From NCBI RefSeq assembly GCF_001194135.2, contig NC_068994.1, positions 58,517,305 to 58,581,304 of the forward strand: DNA of 64,000 nucleotides, read 5' to 3'. The stretch is from Octopus bimaculoides. Its lineage: Eukaryota. A program made the translations under genes and the position numbers. Below the pieces are notes generated by a model that was given only the letters and a program-made list of their open reading frames with translations, made no database searches and had not been told where the DNA came from. This document shows positions 37,525 through 49,622 of this stretch, piece after piece. Each line of letters starts with the position of its first letter. Positions within the stretch are counted from its first letter, which is position 1.

Positions 37525-38908
37525 AATATCATTCAGGAATTGTTTGACTTCCATGTTGTTTGAGAAATTCATCAAGTCTGCAGAATGGTAAATAACTCTG
37601 CTGTCACTTTCAGCATAGTCCTTCAGCATAGACCACCTATTTCTTGTGATAGGTCTGTAAAACTCTGTGAAACCCTGTGATTCTTTTGCTGGTAGATTCG
37701 TTGTCTCCAAGACATTCCCAGTACGTTGCACATTGTCATCATCATCATCATCATCTTGCATCATTGTCATTAAATTAGGATCATTAAGTTCCACGGTTTT
37801 CACATTTCCATCTAACAAACATTGGTCCAATTTCCAATCCTTCCCGGGTTGATATTCATTTGGTGGAACTTTTCTTCTCTGCTCTGATGTCTTTGACTCA
37901 TCACTCCTGTTCACTTCTTTATTGCAATTAGAACCTCCAACATCAAGCTTATATTGTTGTGGTATATCTTCAACAGATCCTTCTGGGAGCATGAATTTCT
38001 GGATATCAACTCCTTCTGCTGTGTCTTCAGCATTTTTGGTACTGGCACCAGATTCAAGGATTGCTTCTATCACTTTCTTGTCTTCCTGAGAGGTGTCAGA
38101 CAACAGGATCTCTTGGAATTCATGTTTCCCAAAGGAACACTCACCGGATTCAGATCTCTCTAAAAAGTTATCCCTGATGTAAAGCTTGTAACTTAAATCA
38201 TCTTCAATTTCTTCTTTTGATCCTTGGTTTTCTGGATTGGTATAATCCATTCCTTGATCCAAGCACCTATCTGAAGTCTCCATTAGACCTTGTAGATATT
38301 GAATATCTCCTGTTGGTCCAGGATTATCAAACTTTCTGGTGTGAAAAGGATCAGGCTGGAACATACCTTTAGGGTCATCTTCTCCAAAATTTCTCTTAAC
38401 ACCTTCTAGACCACCACTACCACCACTACCTCCACCTCCACCTCCACCTCCACCATCATCACCACCATCACCATTGTCATCATCATCATCAGTATCATAA
38501 CTCATTGATGTTTCCCTCTTCAACCCGTATTGAAAGATCTTTTGAGGGTTCTCAATCAGTTCCTGCTTCTGAAAAGCCTTCATATTTACAGGATCTGATC
38601 TCAGGTACACAACTTCCCCCTGGTCACAACAGACGTCTTCATCATAAGCAAAATTCTTGAGAATACTTATATCTGTAAAATGTTCACAGTTTTCACCTGA
38701 CAGATTCCTATGTTGCCCGACAGATTCCAAGGAGACGTTTTGTGTGGATTTTGTCTCTCTTGGTTGAGGTTCCATCTTATGGTCTTTGTTTGATGAATGA
38801 GTATAAAAATTCCTCTGAGTTTGGTGGCTGGTCATTTCAAGACTATCAAACAGATGCCACTTTCCAGACGATTCCTGGTCTGCCTGCTGGGACAAGTCCT
38901 CATTCCAC
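37525..38908 (-). CDS. KNDC1: KNDC1-like large acidic exon with poly-D/poly-G runs (1384 nt)
   Basis: 470-codon ORF; tctctccag| acceptor phase 2; ATT|gtatgt donor phase 0. Confidence 0.8.
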
Positions 38909-39242
38909 CTGGAGAGAAGAACATACACTTTGATTATTCATACATATTTCAATTTTACATATACACTCACACATACACATACATGTATACACACACACAC
39001 ACATACAAAGAAACACATGTGTACACATGCATACACACATATACAGATACACATACGTGAACAAAACACACACACACACACACAGAAGCTTGTATTCATT
39101 TGGCCAATACAACCAAAACTTGTTTACAACTTTCATTTTTGCTCTCAAATCAACTTTTTCATCTGTTTACAAATTTATAGTTTTTTGATAATAAAAACGT
39201 TTATAATTTCTGTGTTTTTGTAAATATATATTATTAGTGATA

Positions 39243-39325
39243 GTTTAGTGCGGTGGTTCCCAACCTTGGGTCTGTGGACCCCTGGTGGTCCACAAAGGTA
39301 GTACTGGGGGTCCATGAATTAAATT
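39243..39325. mobile_element. hAT (Charlie-like) MITE end fragment
   Basis: cggtggttcccaacct...ggacccc terminus resembles CAGTGGTTCCCAA TIRs. Confidence 0.4.
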
Positions 39326-39368
<43 letters not shown>

Positions 39369-39516
39369 GATATATAGACAGATATGTGTGTGTGTGTGTG
39401 TATCTGGTGGGGTGTATATATAATATATATAATAATGTATAATAATATATATGTAAAGAGCGCAAAGGCTGTGTTCACACGTAGACTTTGTTCTCTCGTG
39501 TTTGTCCATTGCTTAC

Positions 39517-39667
39517 CTTGGTTCCTCCTTCAGGGTTGAGTCTCCATTGATGAGATCAAAGACCGCTTCCAAGCATTGCTGTTCCCACTGTTGTTTAGGA
39601 TACATTGTGGCAACACTTAACCGGAACTTGTCTTTTGGTAAACCTTTTAAACTACCGATCCCTGCAC
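39517..39667 (-). CDS. KNDC1: KNDC1-like exon (AGIGSLKGLPKDKFRLSVATMYPKQQWEQQCLEAVFDLING...)
   Basis: ttcaccag| acceptor, only one open frame (phase 1), AG|gtaagc donor phase 2 matching next exon. Confidence 0.75.
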
Positions 39668-39729
39668 CTGGTGAACAACAGCATCACAATATCAACAAGA
39701 ATGTCACCAACAGTGAAAGCAAAAGAAAT

Positions 39730-39768
<39 letters not shown>

Positions 39769-39852
39769 ACATGCATACACATACACACACAACACGTGCA
39801 CACACAGGCACATGCACACACACACACATGACACATGCACACATCACGGAAC

Positions 39853-39935
39853 CATCTGTGGAGGACCAATATAATCCATAAATTTGACTGTAATACAGGA
39901 AGTTGCAAACTTCAGGACAATAACTGTTACACTGA
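39853..39935 (-). CDS. KNDC1: Probable short KNDC1-like exon, boundaries and frame ambiguous (...FLYYSQIYGLYWSSTD or IIVLKFATSCITVKFMDY)
   Basis: Coding-like island between phase-1 neighbours; two frame-consistent solutions, both with weak donors. Confidence 0.4.
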
Positions 39936-40205
39936 ACAGACCAACAGAACACTCTCATATTAGCTCATCATGCATCTACAACATGAGGCTTTTCAACAAT
40001 GTTGCATCAGACACAACAAAATGTCATTTGGAAGGAAAATACAAGAGGGAGATGGATATTTCATAAAATTCGACACAAAACATAAAAAATTGCTTATAGA
40101 AACCATACACAAATCACTATTACAAAGCCAGAATTAATAGACAGAAACTGGTCAGGAGATGGATGGGAAGAGAATGGCTCTGTGGTAGATTAAAGAAGTA
40201 CTCAC

Positions 40206-41501
40206 TTATTAGAAAACGGTCTGATTCTTCGTTAACAGCTGAATTTGAAGCTGACTTTGGTTGGAGTAAATCCATGATTTTGTAAACCAAGCTCAGTTGC
40301 TTGGCAACTATTTTGTCTGCTCTACAATAAGTTCCAAACACTTCTGACATCTTTGATTGGTCCTCTCGGCTGCTGTTCTGCTTTTTCTCACTGATATCAG
40401 CTTGCTGCCAAAGTTCAATTTGCCCTCCATTTTCTTTAGCGCCTTGACACTCGTTCCTGGGAGATATGAATGGAGTGGAAATATTTGGAATTCTTTCACA
40501 CTGGGCACATAATGGAGTTTCTTTTGAACAAGGATTTTTGCTGACTTCTTTAGATTCATCTTTGAATGGAGACCCTTCATAACTGATATTTGGCATGGAC
40601 CCTTTCAGGCAGGGACACCTAGCCATTCCTGTGATGTCAGCATCTAGAACAGTTTCTTCAGAAATTTGTTTTGCACAGACAGAAGAACGACCTAAGTGTC
40701 TTTTAATGCTGCATTCATTCCTTGAACTCATTTTGTACTCATTCTGGGTTTGACAGTCAACCAATGACACAGGAGAAAGAATTTGGTGTGACCTATTGCT
40801 TGGATTGTTTTCTCTGTGGATATAAGAACCATTTAGATTCTTTTCACAGCATTCATTGAATTCCTTCCAAGGTTGTTGATGCCCAGCAATATGTCTGCCA
40901 CAGCTTTGCATCTTCTTGCAGTGGAAACACGTCTTCTGTAAAGAACAAAGAATTCGATCGAGTTGACATTTCAAGCAGTCGACAGCATGGTCAGACGAAC
41001 CATCACATTCCAAAGCTTTGCCATTGAAATGCAGATCTTCATTGCAGACATTTATGCCACCATTGCAACAGCTCTTCTCACAGACATTGGGCTGGTTCCA
41101 GTCATCAAATATTCTCATCACAGAACCATTTTTGTTGTTGTCATTGTTGCTGTTGTCGTCATCATTGTCACTGATGCGTGGATTCACAATTGATGCCACA
41201 TGAACGTTCTGACTCTCTGTTGCATTTTGTTGATGGTGGACGCCACATGTGGACTCTCTTCTGTCACCTGTTGGAAACTTTTCATTGCTGCAACTACTTC
41301 TATTCTTACTGTTGTTGTTGTTGTTGTTGTTTTTCTCATTGATTTCGGAGCTGTTGATTAAGGGGCTATCATTCATCTGTTGCTGGTGGTGTTGCTGAGG
41401 AGTCTGTAGCTGGTGGTGAGAATAATGACTATTATGATGATGATGATGATGACAATGATGGAGTCGTTGGTGTTGCTGAAGGTAGTGACATTGATAAAGA
41501 A

Positions 41502-41558
<57 letters not shown>

Positions 41559-41691
41559 AGCAATCTTCTAATTGGTTTGGTTCATCTTGTTGTTGCTGCT
41601 GTTGATGATGATGGTTGTGGTGGTGGTGGTGGTGGTGGTGTTGGTGGTGTGGAGAAGGAAGGAGAGAAGAAGGAGGCGAATGCAGACATCG

Positions 41692-41726
<35 letters not shown>

Positions 41727-42623
41727 GGTATTCCTCATTCTGACATTGTTTTTGCAGCTTCTGTTCTTGACAATGATTTTGGTGTTGTTGATGCAGCTTT
41801 TCTTGTTGTTGTTGTTGTTGGTGGCGTTGGTGGTGGGTGCAGGGGTGGGGAAGATATCGCTGATGTTGCTTTTGTTGTAGTTGATCACTCTGCTGCCAGG
41901 AGGTCTTTAAACATTCCCCATTAGCGCCATCAAAGTTCTGTTCTTGAAAATGAAGTTTATGGCCAAGAAACCCATCGAAATTCCTTGAGAGTTCTTCACA
42001 CTGAGATTGTTGGGGAAACAGGATTTGCTTTTCATCGAGACACAACTGACAGCAACTGCTGCTGCTGTTGCTGCTTGTGTTGCTCTGTAGTTTCAGGGTT
42101 TGCTTTGATCTGCCACAGTTGCAAGAATCCACTGCCATTTCCTTCCCGTCATTGTCGGAGCAAGAATATTTCGATTGGTTACTTGTCGGAGTCTCTGAGA
42201 AATTTGGTAAAGCAGACGATATGGTGGAAGAAGGAGAAGAAGAAACCGAAATGGAACTAGCAGACTGAGTGCCACATTGAAGGCAAGCCATTGACTGAGG
42301 GGACTTGATTTTATTAAAGCCACACCTGGCCACCTCTCCATGATTAGTTTCACAAGCAGGGACCAATGGAGGACCCATTGTCATGGTAAGATTTTGAGCT
42401 GGAACCATCACTACGGGCAGCTGCTGGTTGTCATAGGCCAACGCCTGATATTCAGACATCTTCGGTGGCAGAATCGGTTTGCAACTTGTTGTCTTTTGAT
42501 CTTGGAGTTTGTTCAGAATCATTTCAGCAAGTTGTTCCATATCAAATCTCTGGGACAAACATAAGTCTCCTCTTCCAGCCGCCTCACCTGGTGGAACATT
42601 CTCGACTTTGGTTGCTTTTGACT
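40206..42623 (-). CDS. KNDC1: KNDC1-like giant Gln/His/Cys-rich exon (2418 nt, polyQ tracts)
   Basis: 812-codon ORF; tttatttag| acceptor phase 1; A|gtgagt donor phase 1. Confidence 0.8.
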
Positions 42624-42916
42624 CTAAATAAAAACGAAAAAGAAACTCTAATGATGCTTCCTGCTTCTTTCATCATTTCTTTCTTTCCACTTTGTAACAA
42701 ATTAACAAATGTACCACAAAAATAGCAACAGAGCAAAATAGCAACATTTCAAAAACATACACATATACATGCATACATACAGGTTCTCTTCTGAATGGTA
42801 AGTAAAGAGAGTTTGGAAAATTTTATATGGTTCAGAAATCATATTAAACACAATTTTTTCAAATAAGAATAAGGTGTGTGTGTGTCTCTGTGTTCTACAC
42901 ATATAATCAATCTTAC

Positions 42917-43394
42917 CAAGTGTCTTTTGGGGTCTGGACCCAAATGAGGTCGCCCTAGGGTACCGTTTGGTGTAAACTTGCTCCAGTTGTCTCAGTTTCT
43001 CAACAACACGCTGACCTGGGGTAAGAACTGGAGAAGTTGAATGTCTTTTTCTTTGAGAAGTCTCTTGTGATGATGGGGCTTCCAGCATCACACCTGTTTC
43101 TTCCTCCTCACCAATGGCAGGGAATCTTTCTGAATTCACGACTATTGGTTTGAAATGAGTAGCCACTGACCTGAAGGCATGGGGGACAGCAAAGTCCACA
43201 TTTTCGCTGTTGAGGACCTTACTTTGGGGTTTGTCCGGCTGGTTTAACACGAATACAAAGGCTGATTTCTGTGTATCACCTGAACCATTATCAAAGGAAG
43301 TATCTTTAACTGATTTGTCAGAGTTAGCATCATTTAGATCTCCATTACTTGCAAAATCTTCTTCAGAGCTGGCGCCATCTTCTTCAATTTTCAT
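42917..43394 (-). CDS. KNDC1: KNDC1-like exon (MKIEEDGASS...GSRPQKTL)
   Basis: Open frame; cacttcag| acceptor phase 0; G|gtaaga donor phase 1. Confidence 0.8.
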
Positions 43395-44140
43395 CTGAAG
43401 TGAAACTCAAATATTAATGATACAAAAAAATGATGCGTTTATCTGTCTACCTATCTCAGCTCCCTATTTCTACAACAACCCCTACCAAGCTATCAAGCTA
43501 TCTGTCTACCTGTATATTTACCTATTTATCTCGCTGCCTACCTGTCTTTTTTGATGCAACTGTAGCGGGCTGGATGGGATGTGCCATATCAGTTCGATAT
43601 GATGTAGCCCACCACCAAATGTGACATTTAGATGTAACGCTTGAAGGTTCTCGCGTCAGAGTAACCAGTATACATCGAAGATTCAACACCAAGAAGAAAG
43701 AAATATTATTTACATATATTCGTTTGTTTGCCTGACAGGTTGTTAAAGAGACAGTAGCAATTCTAGTGATGGCTTGCTGGTTAGTAGTTGATTGTATAGA
43801 AAAAGGTTATCTGTCAGTAGAGAGTGAAAGAGTAAGGAATGCACGGTGTTGACTAGAAAGGAAGAAAGGATAAAGGTGGCATCATCTTTCTTGCAGCCGA
43901 GGAAAGTGCTGCTCTTGGTCACGACCGACACAAAAGACTGTGTTGCCCCTTGGTCTCACTGACACAAAAAAGAGCAAGAGATAGGAAATTCTCTGTTACA
44001 TAGACTATGGTCAGTAATGTAGGTCAAACCCTAAATAAAGGACTGACCTCTCCTTGACCAGCACAGGTCCTAGGGGGTCGAGTGTCTCCTCATCAATCAT
44101 CTGGTGTAGGGAGGATTCCTGCTCGTTTTGACAAGCAGCA

Positions 44141-44172
<32 letters not shown>

Positions 44173-44231
44173 GTATACTAGCAGCTCTCCTACCCGAACG
44201 GATTCATCAAAGCAATATCAAAGTAACTCAC

Positions 44232-44318
44232 TGCCAATTTGTGCCAACATTCTTCATAAAGACTCTGGCAGATATTCTCAGACGTATACATCGCAGTTCT
44301 TTCATGGTCTTCGCATTT
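44232..44318 (-). CDS. KNDC1: KNDC1-like exon (KCEDHERTAMYTSENICQSLYEECWHKLA)
   Basis: Phase 0-0, strong donor gtgagt; acceptor is the first AG after a ~135-nt AG-free zone. Confidence 0.65.
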
Positions 44319-44538
44319 CTTGGATTTTTGGTGGTCATAGTGGTGGTGGTAGTTTGGAGTGTCCATTGTTGTGGTGGTGGTCATTACAGTCACAGAGTAT
44401 ATTGTTGTTGGTGAAATAGAAGAGAAATAAGACACAATATTGCAGTTTAGCAAATCTTTACAGCAAAACGCATCAGTAGATTAATGGGTGAATTTGTTGG
44501 GTGGGGTGAGAAGGAGATGTAAAACTAGAGTGAGACAG

Positions 44539-44575
<37 letters not shown>

Positions 44576-44819
44576 ATACATATACATACATATAAGAGGG
44601 ATGACCACTAAGTGGACATCCATTATGCTAGATGTAGACCCCATATGGTCTGACCACTAAGAAAAGATTGTTCTGAAGAATGTATGTAATATAATTTTTA
44701 TGAATCTTCAGATTTTTCAATTTGCTAGGCCACTGGTTTTAAATTGATATTAATGAAATTAATATTCAATTTTTCACCCTTATTATTTAAATTTATACAT
44801 ACATACATATATAAACATG

Positions 44820-45055
44820 CCAACATCGGTTGTCAAGAGATGGTGGGGGGACAAACACAGACACAAAGACACACACATAAATATATACATACATATACGA
44901 CAGGCTTCTCTAAGTTTCTGTCTACCAAATCCACTCACAAGGCTTTGTTTGGCTCGAGGCAATAGCAGAAGACACTTGCCCAAGGTGCCACACAGTGGGA
45001 CTGAACCCAGAACCATGTGGTTCGGAGGCAAGCTTCTTACCACACAGCCACGCCT
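44820..45055 (-). mobile_element. SINE family A with extended tail
   Basis: Reverse complement of the family A head and core; same extension seen at 13290-13460 and 24640-24935. Confidence 0.75.
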
Positions 45056-45203
45056 GCGCTTATGATAATTTTTTCTTTAATTGGCTCTTTTTTCCCCTTT
45101 TTTGATGTGGTCCCCTAAAAAAGATCCAGGTTTGAGATCTGGCCTGTATATTACAAAGGTTAAGAACCACCACCACCTTAGATTGTTTATTAACTGACAA
45201 TAC

Positions 45204-45371
45204 CTGACACAACTCTTCAAACGACACTGTTTCTTGCGGCTGAGAAAGGGTCATACTGCCAATCAGATCTGTGATGTCATCAGACATATTCAACTCTGCT
45301 ATTGATGTTGAGCACTTTGATCCACCAGCTCGGCACAGCATCACACCAACACTGCGGACAGCAACGTTCAG
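45204..45371 (-). CDS. KNDC1: KNDC1-like exon, KIND2 (LNVAVRSVGVMLC...DLIGSMTLSQPQETVSFEELCQ)
   Basis: Matches KIND C-terminal helices (SxGxxL; LIxSMT); tttcag| acceptor, CAG|gtattg donor. Confidence 0.8.
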
Positions 45372-45726
45372 CTGAAAGTAAAGGTTTTAACAACATCTGA
45401 GAACTTTAGACATTCAAGTAGAATGGATGGGGGAATTCTAAGTCAATGGCTTAGAGGAGGGAGAGTTGCTCTTGTGATTCCATGATGCAGGGCCTAATGT
45501 TGACTGGTGGTGGGAGAGGGAGAAAGAAATTATAGCACAGACGTTATTACTTTAGGGGTTGTCTTTAGACTGGTGACCTACTTAGAATGCTTGCAACAGA
45601 GTGGTCTCTGTGAAAGGGTCACTTCTTGTTAAACCAAGATACATATTATTTAACTTACTCTAGTGGGATCTGTTAAAAGCATATAATAATAATAATAATA
45701 ATGATAATAGTAATAATAATAATAAT

Positions 45727-45767
<41 letters not shown>

Positions 45768-45769
45768 GA

Positions 45770-46070
45770 CCTACCTGTCAAGACCTACCAAAAACTGAGC
45801 AAGTATAAAGATCTTGAAATAGAAATTAGCAAAATGTGCAACTTGAAGACTAAAACAATACCTGTTGTCATAGGTTCCCTGGGAATGATAGAAAAAGGGG
45901 CTGATTGCTACCTAGCTCAGATACCAGGAAACACCAAAATGGCAGATATTCAAAAGATAGTGCACATGGGAACTGCCCATATCCTACGCAAAATACTTTC
46001 TATGTAATCACAAATTTTAAAACAAACGCATAATTTCCTTATGGTTTCTTAAACATTTCTAGAACAACTC
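45770..46070 (+). mobile_element. RLE-clade non-LTR 3' fragment, second family
   Basis: KLSKYKDLEIEI...IPVVIGSLG...IQKIVHMGTAHILRKILSM*; preceded by long (AAT)n. Confidence 0.75.
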
Positions 46071-46422
46071 TATGTACAAAAGCCTGCTCCTCATCCTCTT
46101 CATTCAATCTAGAGTTACATACTCAGAGTAGTCCTGTCCACTCAGACTATTTTTGCCAATTTCACTCATCTTTCAACAAAATTGCTGGAAGGCACCACTT
46201 CCATGTTGACCCACATTTTCCTAATGGACTCAACCAATGGCCAGATCCATCCTACACGTGACAGCAGGGGTTCAAGACAAAACCCACAAGTCAGCAATGC
46301 TTGGGCACTGGACAAGAGCAGCAGAGCAGTTTCATTGCTCTGTGCGCATCTCCAGCAGGTACAACTGATGACAAGCGCCAATCTCTTCACGAACATTGGC
46401 CAACAGAATCAAACACTATTAC

Positions 46423-46535
46423 CTTCTCGTTGATCGCCGTATCTTTGCTATACTCTTGTGTGATCCTTTGTTGGTCAGTGAACGCCATATGTCCATCTGG
46501 CTGCAGCCCAACCATGTCCAGTTCATCATATAACA
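46423..46535 (-). CDS. KNDC1: KNDC1-like exon, KIND2 (LYDELDMVGLQPDGHMAF...AINEK)
   Basis: L-x-x-D-G-x-x-x-F pattern; cttgcag| acceptor phase 1, AAG|gtaata donor phase 0. Confidence 0.75.
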
Positions 46536-47215
46536 CTGCAAGTAAGACAATATAGTTAGAACAACAACAACAACAATAATAATGATCCTTTCTGCTATAG
46601 GCATAAGGCCTGAAATTTTGGCGGAGAGGACTAGTTGATTACATCAACTCCAGTGCATAACTGGTACTTATTTCATCAATCTCAATAGGACAAAGAGCAA
46701 AGTCAGCCTCACCAGAATTTGAACTCAGAACGTAAAATGCTGGAAGAATGCTGCCAAGCCTTTTGTCCATTGTGCTAACGACTCTGTTAAAGAAGAAGAA
46801 TGAAATCGAAACCCAGAACTATGGAGTTGTTACCTGCAATTCTTCACCCGACAATCATCAATGCAAAATGCAGCCTTCCAGCGGGCCAGCCCTGGTCAAA
46901 CCGTCCAACCCATGCCAGCATGGACAATGGACGTTAAATGATGATGGTGGTGGCAATCAAAAGTGGGAGGAGAGAGTAGGAAAGAAAGAAGGAGAGAGTG
47001 AGTTGTAGTGATGGCAGAGGATGAGTGGTACTGGAGAGGGGAAGGGTATGAGAGAGGAGGAGGAGGACTGGTCAGGAAGAGGAGGAGAAGAGGTAGGTGT
47101 TAGGTTGCTGAGTGATAGGGGGGCAGGGTGGGTGGAGGAGTAGGAGGAGTTGTAAGGTTAGGGGAGGAGGAACGAATGCTGAATTCCCTGGTTGAGACAT
47201 AGAGAATCTACTCAC

Positions 47216-47327
47216 CAATGTTTGGGCTATTCTGCAAAGACTGAATAGCTTCTCTGCACAAGGCCCAGATTTCAATCTCATCAAAGTACAATCCACTGAC
47301 GTCGATGATGTCCTGCAGTGTAATCAC
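47216..47327 (-). CDS. KNDC1: KNDC1-like exon, start of KIND domain 2 (VITLQDIIDVSGLYFDEIEIWALCREAIQSL)
   Basis: L-x-x-I-I...E-x-E-I-W-A-L-C KIND pattern; ttgtag| acceptor, G|gtgagt donor; not in the ORF track, read by hand. Confidence 0.85.
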
Positions 47328-47369
47328 CTACAACAAGCAACACAAACACACACATATACATAGACTTAT

Positions 47370-47403
<34 letters not shown>

Positions 47404-47721
47404 NNNNNNNNNNNNNNNNNNNNNNNNNNNNNNNNNNNNNNNNNNNNNNNNNNNNNNNNNNNNNNNNNNNNNNNNNNNNNNNNNNNNNNNNNNNNNNNNN
47501 NNNNNNNNNNNNNNNNNNNNNNNNNNNNNNNNNNNNNNNATATATAAAGGAATACCAAAAATGATACAAGAACGCAAAACATCCAGACAGTTAGATGATA
47601 CAAAAAAGGGACAACAAAACATCCAGACAGACAATACAAAAAAGGGACAAGTGGTGGTGGTGGAGAAGACAACGACGATGATGACAACGATGATGACAAC
47701 GATGATGATGACAACATTTAC

Positions 47722-49154
47722 CTTGGTCTGAGCAATGTTTCTTAATTTCTCCTGGGCCTGTTCTGCTGTGATGTGTGTTGGATCCTGCATCTCTTCCAAC
47801 AGAGACTCGTTGTTATCATCTTTTCCCCCATCATCCTCGTCCTCATGCTCGCTGTCAGTGCTGCTCTGCCTTCTGCAATTCTCTCCACTTGCCATTTCTC
47901 TGTCTTCAGTGACTTTAATTCCTTCAGTTGTGCACATCAGCTGCAAAGTATTTTGAAACTCAGAATTCTTGTCGAATGATTCATTGATGAAGTTTGTACC
48001 AGAAAGAATGGTTGTCTGAAGATTAAGGCTGACACCAGACATAATACTTGTTGCTTCTTGAGTAACACTGGTTCCAGATGTGACAGAAAATGTCTGAGAT
48101 TCTCCACTCATAATTCTTGAAGTGTTTCCACTTGTAGAAATATTGGTTTCTTTGTTAAATGTCCTCTTTAGTTCTATTCTAGGGTTGTCTCTCTTAATTG
48201 ACTCATTCTCACCATTATCTCCAAGGATGAGATCGACAAGGTTTACTTTGCCCTCTTCGAAATTCCAGAGAACACTTCGGTCGGCATTACTGAGACGGGT
48301 AAGTTCCACAGCAGAACCTTCATCTAAATTGCTACAGTCGTCATTCGCCAAAATCTGTTTGCCAATTGAGGAAATGTTCCCATGTGTTTCTGTGTCATTG
48401 GGCAGGAAATCGGTTGCAAGATCTTGTTGAGTTAGAATGTTGTTATTAAAGACTGACCCTTCACAACTTTTGATTCTTTCTGTTGTGACATCATCATCTT
48501 CATTATCAACATCACCATCATCAGCCTCATTACTCGTGTCACCACTCACAATGTCTTCTGCTTCTACGCCCGACATTGAACCAAGAACAATATCTGGATT
48601 ATAAATTTTATAATGTTCACTTTGGGAAGGAACTTCTTCAAAAGTCTTTCCATGTCTCTCCTTAAAACTGTCCACCTTTATTGCATGACCCTTACTCTTG
48701 TTGTTGACTTGGTTCTTTGAGAAATTCAGTAGAATATCTCCCTTTCTCAGGGTTTCTTCCTGGACCGAATTCTGTTTGTCTTCACACTCTGTGGATTCTC
48801 GGTTACTTTCCTTCAATCCACAAATTTCAACACAAGAGAAATCAGCAACTCTGTCACGGCTGACTGGTTTTACTTCAGCAACAGATTTTCCAACAGAGCA
48901 TTCCACTTTGGTAAATGGTAATCCAGATTCCAGAGGGAGTGATCTTATCTGTGAACAACTATCTACAAAAGGTTCTAATTGCCTGCAACTTTCAATTCCT
49001 TCTTTAGAAGAACATCCATGGTGGTATTCTTCTGCCAGTTTGGTGTCTTTGAGGGCTGAGAGTTTTACATCATTTGGTGCCAGTTTCAAAAAATCAGCTT
49101 TGGATAATTCTTGCTTTATGTTCTCAGGAAACACAACACAATTATCATGGACAC
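47722..49154 (-). CDS. KNDC1: KNDC1-like giant acidic/Ser-rich linker exon (1433 nt)
   Basis: Open frame, tttccag| acceptor phase 1, AAG|gtaaat donor phase 0; joins KIND1 to KIND2 in frame. Confidence 0.8.
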
Positions 49155-49366
49155 CTGGAAATAATAAAAAAAAACATTTATATATGTGAATGTATATGAA
49201 TGTATGTACATATAAATATATACATGTGAGTACACACACACACACACATACACACACACGCATGCATGCACACACATGCACACACACACTTGCATGCACA
49301 CACATGCACACACAGTCTAAAAAAGTAGATGAGAAAGTGCAAACTTGATATAGGAACTTCCTGCAC

Positions 49367-49622
49367 CTGAATAGCGTTGCTGCTGCTGCTGCTGCTGTAG
49401 ATCACTGTCCCCTGCTCTGTTGAACAACTTCAGACAGATGGCTAAGGGGTCCTCACCTCCAAGTGCCTCCAAACAAACTCGTTCCACCTCCTCCACGCTG
49501 GGTCGATCCTCTGGGGCACGGGATGTCAGCCTGGTCAGTAGAGCGTTGTAGGTGTCACTCGTTTCTCTTGGTGGATGGGGCTTGGCTGAGAGAAGAGTCT
49601 TGCCTAAGGAATAGAGGTGGGA
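49367..49622 (-). CDS. KNDC1: KNDC1-like exon (SHLYSLGKTLL...APEDRPSVEEVERVC...), end of KIND1
   Basis: YSLG and DRP-x-x-EV kinase C-lobe-like motifs; tctgccag| acceptor; CAG|gtgcag donor, phase 1. Confidence 0.85.

Noticed and set aside
46166-46400. Overlapping ORFs on both strands in a KNDC1 intron
   Set aside because: The phase-0 reading hits a stop, exon 46423 joins 45371 directly, and no recognisable domain is present
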